This document shows, one piece after another, positions 11,700 through 20,616 of a DNA stretch of 64,000 nt. The stretch spans positions 310,001 through 374,000 of the forward strand of contig JAANOX010000245.1 of the NCBI GenBank assembly GCA_020184695.1. The letters run 5' to 3'. Position 1 is the stretch's first letter. Each line of letters starts with the position of its first letter. The translations under genes and the position numbers were made by a program. Origin of the DNA: Histomonas meleagridis 2922-C6/04-290x. Taxonomy: Eukaryota > Protista > Parabasalia. The notes beneath the pieces were generated by a model, which was not told the DNA's origin, made no database searches, and worked only from the letters and a program-made list of their open reading frames with translations.

Positions 11700-12120
11700 A
11701 AATATTTGATTATTGATTATCTATTTCTGTAACTGTTAAAGCTCCTTCCATTTTTAAACGCCAACATTCAATGCAAAAGGTGTAAACAGAATTACTTTAC
11801 GCAAATGATGAAAAGATGGAAACGCTTTTCAACAATATCTTTTACTATGTGCGTTATCCCATTGGAAAAACATCTTATGGCAATTGGGATATTGTTTCTT
11901 AGCATAAAGTTTGGGAGGACAATGAAATTCGAACCAAAATATGATATTTTCCATGCAGTTCATCCATTTGTGAAAATATAGATAACACATAAAAGGCTAA
12001 ATGAATAAAATTTAATTTTTCATATGAGTAAAGCTGTTTGACGATTTTCAAATGATTTCTTTTAATCATTTTTTGCCCAACATTTGTTTGATGGCTTTTT
12101 AAAATGTGTTAGAATGAATG
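11700..12120 (-). mobile_element. Possible degraded Tc1/mariner/IS630-like DDE transposase relic
   Basis: One minus frame with several stops reads ...KQYPNCHKMFFQWDNAHS...ILFTPFALNVGV*KW, resembling FQQDNA and PxxSPxLNPIExxW. The match is weak. Confidence 0.25.
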
Positions 12121-12634
12121 ATACAGATTTTGAACAATATTATGTGCGATTACAAATTTGGTTTATGCAACTAATGAAATTGAAGTTATACAAATTATGG
12201 AAATGTTATTAGATAAAAGATTCGATATGAATTTAACAACGAAAGTAGATGGCAAGCAAACAAAGCCACTCCTTCTTGCTTTTGTTTTTAATATTAAGAA
12301 ATAATATAAAGTGATTGATTGGATGTTAAATAATGGAATAGACCCATACATGAAAGCAAGTAATTACAATATATGAATATGTGATGAATATATCTGACAA
12401 AAAAATGAAAGAAATTTTCAAATAAATAACAAATGTCATATATTTTATTCCATATCTTAAGTTGTGCTTGAATTATTTTTTCTGTAATAATATTTTATAA
12501 TTTATATGTAATTAAGTATAATTTAAGAATATATACATTTATATTATTAAACAGTTTTTATATGTTCTTATTTCAAAAAAACATTACAAATGATTTTATG
12601 TGTTATAAAAATATTTAATATATAAAAACATTTA

Positions 12635-13325
12635 TTAATCAACACTTTCAATTTCATTACTGTTATCGTTGCAATATTGTTCTTCGTCGTCATCTGATGA
12701 CTTTAGTTCTGGATATTCGTCAATGTTGCCGCCTTTAGAAAGTAATCTTTCGCGTTGCATTCGTCGAACTTCTCGAAATGATATTTCTTCTTTTCGACGT
12801 TTTTCTTCTTTAATTCGTTGACGAATAAATTGTTCGCGTTGATGTCCGCCTTCGTAATAACTTTCAACAAGAAGACGCTCATTAGTATCAACTGTTGAAT
12901 CATCAAGATACGTGAGGATTTTACATAGATGTATAACAGAACGTCGATAATGTTGACATTGATCAACAATCGGATTGTTTTCAAGTCGAAGAACTCGAAG
13001 TTGACTCATATGACTCAATATTTCAATAATTCCGATTTCATAAAGTTTATTATCGCTAATATTAAGGATTTCAAGTGATTGACACTGTAAAATTCCTTGA
13101 ATTGAGTTGATTGTATCAAGTCGATTATGATCAACATCAAGTGTTTGAAGTTGTTGACAATGTTCAAGACCTTCAATATTTTGAATATAATTATGTGATA
13201 AATTTAATAAATGAAGTTTTTGAAGTTCTTCAAGACCTTCAATTTTACTGATAAAAATTATTTTGTAAATATAAACTTTCTAATTGTTTTAAACTTGAAA
13301 GACCTTCAATTTTAGAAAGTTGATT
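12635..13325 (-). pseudogene. DNAAF1: DNAAF1/LRRC50-like LRR gene, 5'-deleted copy with intact C-terminus
   Basis: Matches 24836 onward. The 237 bp containing the promoter and start (24599-24835 in the other arm) are missing. Retains the C-terminus ...DNSNEIESVD*. Confidence 0.75.
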
Positions 13326-13374
13326 GTTTAAAAATAAACTATAGAAAAAAATTAAATTTTTTTTTCTTTCTTTT

Positions 13375-13692
13375 ATGAATTCAAGAATTAAAAAAATGCT
13401 TCCACTTGGTTGTAAATCTGTTCAAGATTATATTCTTCATTATCATCAAAAATCATGTTCAAAACAAGAACAAAGTTTAAATCTTCATCAAGTTAATAAA
13501 AGTAATTATCTTCAAAATTTACCGACAGAAAAAACTCTTTCTCATCAAATTAAAGGCAAAACACCAGATAATAGCAAACGTATATCTTTTTATGAACGAT
13601 CTTTCCCAAACGATATTCCTTCGTCTTCACTTCTTAAGCCTTCTGATATATCTTTTTCTTCAACTTATCAAAACAATAAAAAAGATGATTAA
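13375..13692 (+). CDS. Hypothetical 105-aa protein
   Basis: ATG-initiated ORF convergent with LST8, with no recognisable domain. The copy in the other arm is frameshifted. Confidence 0.4.
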   Translation: MNSRIKKMLPLGCKSVQDYILHYHQKSCSKQEQSLNLHQVNKSNYLQNLPTEKTLSHQIKGKTPDNSKRISFYERSFPNDIPSSSLLKPSDISFSSTYQNNKKDD

Positions 13693-13734
13693 AATTTTAC
13701 AAATATTAATTTTATTCTTTTTTTTTATTACTTT

Positions 13735-14652
13735 TCATATGTACATTAATGCTAACGCTGTAATTCCTTTTGCATGCGATTTATCATTTAAGTAAACAAC
13801 ATTTCCTTCATTCACATTCCAAGTTCGATAAGTTTTATCTGTTCCACCTGTCACTACATAATTTGAGTCATTAGTAAAAGCTGCATCCCAAATCCATTTG
13901 TTTGTGTTATGTTTTAATACTTTCTTTTGTATTAATGTGTTTTTGTCCCAAATTTTGGCTGTCGAATCTGCTGACGTCGTAATAATGTTTTCTTCATTAG
14001 GCGAAAGTAAACATCGAAGAATGACATCGTTATGCGCTTCAAACTCATTCGCTTTATGAAATTCATCGTTATAATGATGAACAACAATAACTTTACCGTC
14101 ATGACATCCGCAATAAATTTCTTCCCCATTTCGACTTTGTGAAATACTCCGAATAGGTTTAGTACAAAGACGAATCGAATATAAAAGTTTATGCTCACTA
14201 ATATCCCATGATTCAAGATATCCATTCTCATTACATGTAATTAATAATTTCTTATTCGGATGAAGACAAATATTATTAAGTGGTGATGACGTAGTAATGG
14301 TTTGTTGTGGTCGAATTGATCCTTGTCGTCGATCCCAAAAATTAATCGTACGATCTTCACTACATGTATAAAAATTATCCCCTGAAAAAACAAGATCATT
14401 AACGTTTGAAATATGTCCTGCATATTGTGACGGTTTAGAATTTTTTAAAACATCATGGATGATAACATATGGATTTAATGCTAACGCAATTTCGTTGTTT
14501 TCTGTGATAACAATTCGATTAACTTGTGAATTACCAGTGCTAATTTTGCTGAACTTTGGAATATCTTCTTTATCTTCAAAAATTTTGGTAAAATTAACAC
14601 TTAAATCATATCCTGCTGTTACTAATATAGGATATTTCGTGCTTGAATTCAT
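13735..14652 (-). CDS. LST8: WD40 protein LST8 (TOR complex subunit)
   Basis: ILVTAGYD...SQVN...NV...YTCSEDRT...FWD, LxPN, TxSADxTAKIW, WIWDAAFxxDSxYVVTG and H-KG motifs match LST8; 305 aa. Confidence 0.88.
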   Translation of the reverse strand: MNSSTKYPILVTAGYDLSVNFTKIFEDKEDIPKFSKISTGNSQVNRIVITENNEIALALNPYVIIHDVLKNSKPSQYAGHISNVNDLVFSGDNFYTCSEDRTINFWDRRQGSIRPQQTITTSSPLNNICLHPNKKLLITCNENGYLESWDISEHKLLYSIRLCTKPIRSISQSRNGEEIYCGCHDGKVIVVHHYNDEFHKANEFEAHNDVILRCLLSPNEENIITTSADSTAKIWDKNTLIQKKVLKHNTNKWIWDAAFTNDSNYVVTGGTDKTYRTWNVNEGNVVYLNDKSHAKGITALALMYI

Positions 14653-14967
14653 ATGAAATTTAAAAATACTGTCTCGTGACGATCAAAAGTGGCATTGTAT
14701 TTGGCCGATTTAAATGTAAAAAAATTTTTATTAAAAATGCTTTAAATAATTCTAAATTTATATGTATCATGAAAAAAAATATTAATATTTTTAATAATTG
14801 GATATGATTTATTTCTAAAAAGTATCCGAATCATAAAATTAATTTAATATTATTTATCATCATAATTATGATAATATGTCCAAATATAAGTTCTAAGGAT
14901 CATTATATTAAATAATTCTTAAATTTTACAACCAAATATTTGATACATTAAATAATTCAAAAGTAAA

Positions 14968-16348
14968 TTATGAATTAACTTTTTGAAGTAACGTAACAAC
15001 TTCAGTATACCCATTTTCTATTGCTTTTATAAAAGCCGTATTAAATAATATTAATAATTTCCAAATATTATTTTGTAATTTCAATTCATCAAAATAAATA
15101 CAAAATTGTTATAAGGAGCATCTGTAGAATTGATATCAATTCCTTCTTGTTTAAGAAGTAATTCAACTATTTCTATATTCCCATTTTCAGATGACCAAAT
15201 AAGCGCAGTTTCAAATAATTTGAAGAATTTCCATATATTATTTGGATATATAAAATTAATATTACAAATTTCATAGAAAATATAACAATATTTTTGGAAT
15301 TGATATTAATTCCTTTTTGGTCAAGAAGTAATTTAACTATATCTGTATAACCATTTTTAGATGCACAAATAAGTGCTGTATAAAATGATTTTAATAATTT
15401 CCTTATATTATTTTGAAATTCCGATATATCAAAATAAATTTTAAACAAAACAAATAAATATTTTTGGCATTGACATCAATTCCCTCATGTTCAAGAAGTA
15501 ATTTAACTATTTCTATATAACCAAAAGATGATGCAATAATAAGTGGTGTGTTAAATGTTTTAAACAATTTCCAAATTTTAATTTCAATCAGAAAGACATC
15601 AAAATAAATTTCACACAAATCAAATAAACATTGTAGTCATTGATATTAATTCCTTTTTGATCAAGAAGTAATTTAACTATTGCAGAATGATTAGTTTTAG
15701 ATGCACATATAAGTACTGTATCAAATATTTTAATTGATTTCCAAATATTACTTCGAAATAGAAAATTATTAAAATAAATATTAAATGATATAATTAAATA
15801 TTTTTAGTATTAATATCAATTTCTTCTTTTTCGAGAAGTAATTTAACTATATTTATATAACCAAAAGAAGATGCAATAATAAGTGGTGTATTAAATATTA
15901 TGAATAATTTCCAAATATTATTTTGAAACAGAAAATTATTATTACAAATTTTATATAAAACAAATTAATATCTTTGGCATTGATATTAATTTCTTTTTGA
16001 TCAAGAAGTAATTTAACTATTTCTATATTCCCATTTTCAGATGACCAAATAAGCGCAGTTTCAAATAATTTGAAGAATTTCCATATATTATTTGGATATA
16101 TAAAATTAATATTACAAATTTCATAGAAAATATAACAATATTTTTGGAATTGATATTAATTCCTTTTTGGTCAAGAAGTAATTTAACTATATCTGTATAA
16201 CCATTTTTAGATGCACAAATAAGTGCTGTATAAAATGATTTTAATAATTTCCTTATATTATTTTGAAATTCCAATATATCAATATAAATTTTAAACAAAA
16301 CAAATAAATATTTTTGGCATTAATATCATTTTCTTCTTGTTCAAGCTC
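14968..16348 (-). repeat. Orphan ankyrin cassette array: 8 units at exact 170-nt period (90 nt coding + 80 nt spacer), 5'-truncated
   Basis: T(A/P/V)L starts at 16229, 16059, 15889, 15719, 15549, 15379, 15209 and 15039. The last unit ends LLQKVNS* at 14968. A partial repeat lies at 16348-16310. Confidence 0.9.
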
Positions 16349-16851
16349 GGCCGATTTAAATATTGCACTTTATCTATTTTATACGAATTCGAAATGAAAG
16401 CATTACATTAACCATTATGCTGTAATTATATAGATGATGTTTTCCAAGTTTAATATCCAATTAATTTCAAGATATTTAAAATATTTACACAAATTCTGTT
16501 AAATTTTATATACAACATTACTTCACAATTAAGGAACCACATTTTATTGTTAAATTATTATTTTTGATCAAGATATTTGTGTTTAATTAAACTCACTTAC
16601 CGATCAAAAGTATTCAAAAAGCAGCCGTTTTTGTAGACGAACGATAGACGAATAAAATGATCAGGAAACATTTCATAGAAAAAAATTACCTTCGTTTTGA
16701 ATCTAACAGATTATAATATGTTATTATTATTAGTGGAGCTGTCTATTAATTCACAAAATTGCATTGCATCACACATTACCAAAAAAACACAAATCTAAAT
16801 AAAATTGTATTAAATATTAAATTTACATTTATATACATTCTTTACTATATA

Positions 16852-17853
16852 TTAAATTTCTTCTTCTTCTTCATTGAACAAAGCAATTTTTTGTGAATCA
16901 TTTTGTGGCTTCCTATTGTTAAGTTTTAAGATTCCGTACCATAACGATCCAAACATTGTAACTACAATTCCAACGACATTTAATTTTGTTAATTTCTTAT
17001 CAAATATTATCACAGACAGAACTATTGTTATTATTTGCTTCAAGCATCCGACAATTGTCACCGTAAGCGGCGATGTATAATATGTCGACAAGAAATTTGT
17101 CAAATTCAAAAAGAATGCAATTAAACCGGTGAGTAACACAAGTAATATCCCAACTGTAGAAACTGTGTACTTTTCGGATGTTAAAATTTTTTGGTTTTCG
17201 CCTGTAATTAATATCAATGAAAACATTTCGATCGATGAGATTGGTGACATGCGTTCTAATAAACTAAACGAATGGAGCTCATACTTGCCTGTGAGCGTCT
17301 TCTTGACACTAATGGATTTGGCAGAACTTAAAAAACAGCCAAAAATTGTTACAAAAAAACCATATCGAGTAAGATTGATCTCCCCAAAACAACTTAGAGC
17401 AACTCCAATACAAATGACAAAACACGAAACATAAAGTGTAGGAGCATATTTGTCACGGAGAAATATGACTGAGAGAATCATTGTGATTAAAGGAATGATT
17501 GCTCTGACAATTTGAACAAAAGCTACCGAGCAATACCTTAGAGAACTGTTTCCAAAAATAATGTTGAGCGTAAATAAAAGGGAAAGCATTAAAATTCGTG
17601 TCATTACTTTTCTTTCATAATTGGGAATTATCATGGATTTTTTTTCTTTTTCGGATTCTGGATGATAACGGAAACAAACCGCACAAATGTATGTGCAAAA
17701 TGTGGAAATTGCTTGATGAATAAAAGAAATTGTTATTGGAAATCTAAAGTTATTAAATTCCATAACACTTTTGTTAAGCAATGTCAATGCAATGTTTAAC
17801 AAAAACCATATTGAAATATATAATCGAGATGGATGGAGAATAAATTCAAACAT
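16852..17853 (-). CDS. Triose-phosphate/nucleotide-sugar transporter family (DMT, SLC35-like)
   Basis: About 9-10 TM segments; LTLLNK, FRFPITI, GNSSLRYCSVAFVQIVRA, TSPLTVTIVGCLK motifs. Confidence 0.85.
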   Translation of the reverse strand: MFEFILHPSRLYISIWFLLNIALTLLNKSVMEFNNFRFPITISFIHQAISTFCTYICAVCFRYHPESEKEKKSMIIPNYERKVMTRILMLSLLFTLNIIFGNSSLRYCSVAFVQIVRAIIPLITMILSVIFLRDKYAPTLYVSCFVICIGVALSCFGEINLTRYGFFVTIFGCFLSSAKSISVKKTLTGKYELHSFSLLERMSPISSIEMFSLILITGENQKILTSEKYTVSTVGILLVLLTGLIAFFLNLTNFLSTYYTSPLTVTIVGCLKQIITIVLSVIIFDKKLTKLNVVGIVVTMFGSLWYGILKLNNRKPQNDSQKIALFNEEEEEI

Positions 17854-18167
17854 AATATCAAGCTAAAATTCATTTTAACAATGTTTGTTCGATTTTAAAC
17901 TTATGACTAACCAGATGCACTTGTTGAAGAAATGTTTTTCTTAAAAAAAATCTATCATGAAACATATACTTATTGAATATTTTCATCAATATATAAATCT
18001 GATATACCAAAAAAATGATATTATCTTGTAATAAACAGATAAACTAAAGATAAAACGAAAATCTGCCACTTAGAAAAATCAGTTTCCAAACCGAAAATAG
18101 TTTAAATTTTCCATCGTATTCGCTCAAAAAAACACAATTTAATCTAAAAGATACTAACTACTTGCTT

Positions 18168-20498
18168 TTAATCATCATAGTCATCATAACCATCATAATC
18201 TTCAGTGTAATTTCCATTCATTCTTTCTTTCGTTTTAGCAAGATTAATCATATTATAACCTTCCACCTTGAGATTAGCCAAGAACTTAATAATCGGAACG
18301 CATTTTTGGTACAATTCTTCATCATCTGGTGATGAAGGTCCTGAATTTTCGAAAAGTATTTGAGTAATATCAAAACGTTTAAATAATCCACAGATTGAAA
18401 TACATGCAAAAATTTTATGAATAAACTACGAAATTCAATAATAAATATTCATTATAAAGAAATAAACTACAAATAATCAAAACGAACTGGGTTAGTTGCG
18501 AAATCGCATGATGGATGTTCCAAAAGCATCTGAACAATTTCAATTGATCCAACTCTACATGCTAATAATAATGCAGTAATATTAATTTTTAAGAAAATTC
18601 AAAAAATTATTCAAATAAATTTGGAACATTAAAAACAAATATCTTTTGCATTTATATCAATGTCATCTTTTTCAAGAAGTAATTTAACAACGTCAGGATG
18701 ATTACATAGAGATGCATTCATTAATGCAGTAGAAAACAATATGAAAAAACACCAAATATCAGTTTCAAACATAAAAACATTAAAACAAATACATAACAAA
18801 AGAAATAAATATCTTTTGCATTTACGTCAGTATCTTTTCTTTCAAGAAGCATTTTGACAATATTTGTGAATCCGAATTTTGATGCAAAAATAAGTGCTGT
18901 AATAATTACTTTCAATAAACATCTAATTGAGCCATGAAACACCACATTAATGATATAAACTTTGTGATAAAAGAAGAAATATATCTTGCATTTACATTAA
19001 TATCTTTACATTTAAGAAGCATTTCAACAATTTTTTCATATCCTTTTAATGATGCAGTAATAAGAGGTGTCGAAAATAATTTGAGTTAATATTAATTAAT
19101 ATTCAAAAACATCAAAAAATTTGATTAATCTGGAAATAACATAATAAAATATTTCCAGCATTCACATCAATATCTTTTTGTTCTAAAAGTAACTTTACAA
19201 TATCCACGAAATTACGAGCAATTGCTATTAATAATGCTGTTTCATGAAACAAAAATAAACGCCAAATCTTTCATTTGAATATAAAATTATTAAAACAAAT
19301 TTTATATACATCAAAAAAGCATTTTCAAATTTATATCAACTTCCTTTTGTTGAAGAACGAATTTTATTAATTCGATATTATTCGAAATAACACATTGAAC
19401 TAAAGCATCTTTTGGAACCTGGTGCGTTTGTATGAAATCTTTATAAAGAAATATATTTCCAAGATCTAAACACACATGAATCATAGAATCATCAACTTCC
19501 ATTCCTTCATCGAACAAAAAAGAAAGAATTGTATAATTATTAAATTCGACACATTCCGCTCCTAACTTAGCAAGAGGAGGAATTTCTATTATTTTATTAT
19601 CATAAAAGTAATGAAAGATCTCATTTCGATGGAATTGAATTGCAGCTTCATAAGCGCCTTCAAATGATGAATGATTTTGTTCACATATTTTGATAATTGC
19701 TAAGCTTCCTCCAGTAATTGCAAAATTCATCGATGAAAATAACTTAGCTCCGTTCATTAATAAAAATTTAAAACATTTAATCGAACCAAAATATGCTGCA
19801 AATTCTATGAGATGTATACCAAAATCATTAACATATGTACATCGTTCATAAAGCGATGGTACAATTGTTTGATTAAAATCAAATTTCGGTTGTGATGAAA
19901 TTTGTTGAAGTTTCTCAATTTCATCATTTCGAAGTATTTTAGTAATCTCTGATGGATTAACTCCGTCTTTATTAAGTTTTTTATGAAGTTTCCAATCATC
20001 TTTAATAAGTTCTTTTATGTTTGAAGCAAATTCACTTGAAAACTTTAATTGTATTTGCGATTCTGGTTCAATTGAAGTTATTTCTTTAAATGTCATATAA
20101 TGCGCAAAATATACAGTTTGCTTTAATTTAACTACTTGTGGACTAATTAGGTTTTCCTCGACCATTAACTCAAGAAGATAATTCGATTCATCTGAAGGTA
20201 AACGAAGAAGTAATGATGAAAACGTTTTTATTAAATCATCTGGAATTTTTGTTAATTTTTCTTCTTCTGTTTGTAACAAACCAATATATTTAATACATGC
20301 AATTGCTTCAATTTCTTGTGTCATGAATGCTCGACAAGCTAGTTGTGAAATAATTTCATTGTAAGATGAAATTAAACTTACATTAAATATTTCAATTGTA
20401 GTTTTCACAGATGAATCAATATTGTTAACATTTAAGTTTAAGATAATTTGCTCAAGTGGAATGAGCTTTTCCCTGAGAAAACTCTTTGTTTCAGACAT
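18168..20498 (-). CDS. DUF3447-ankyrin gene A, with ankyrin repeats interrupted by six non-canonical spacers
   Basis: ORF 20498-19321 has the DUF3447 signature (AAYFGSIKCFKFL, AITGG, AIQFHRNEI). Ankyrin segments follow at 19240, 19070, 18900, 18730 and 18577, then a terminal coding segment at 18407-18168. Confidence 0.78.
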
Positions 20499-20616
20499 AA
20501 AAAAATGTTATCAAAATTGAATACTAAGCGGTTTTTTATTTGTCACAACACTAAATAGTTTCATATAACATTTCCCAACGGTTATTATCAGAAAAAGTTT
20601 CCAGTGTTGTGGAACA

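Larger units (their letters stand above)
12152..16012. repeat. Left arm of ~3.9-kb inverted duplication
   Basis: Reverse complement of 21896-25885 apart from two deletions, a few SNPs and homopolymer differences. Duplicated ORFs are visible in the track (12163/25686, 13592/24125, 13932/23689). Confidence 0.92.

Noticed and set aside
12163-12351. 62-aa ORF duplicated at 25686-25874
   Set aside because: Its identity reflects the inverted duplication only; composition is non-coding-like.
15173-15618. Short ankyrin ORFs in the track (15173-15448, 15403-15618, 16023-16298, 18721-18945, 22323-22508) as independent genes
   Set aside because: Each is one cassette plus read-through of flanking spacers, mostly with non-ATG starts; they are parts of the arrays.
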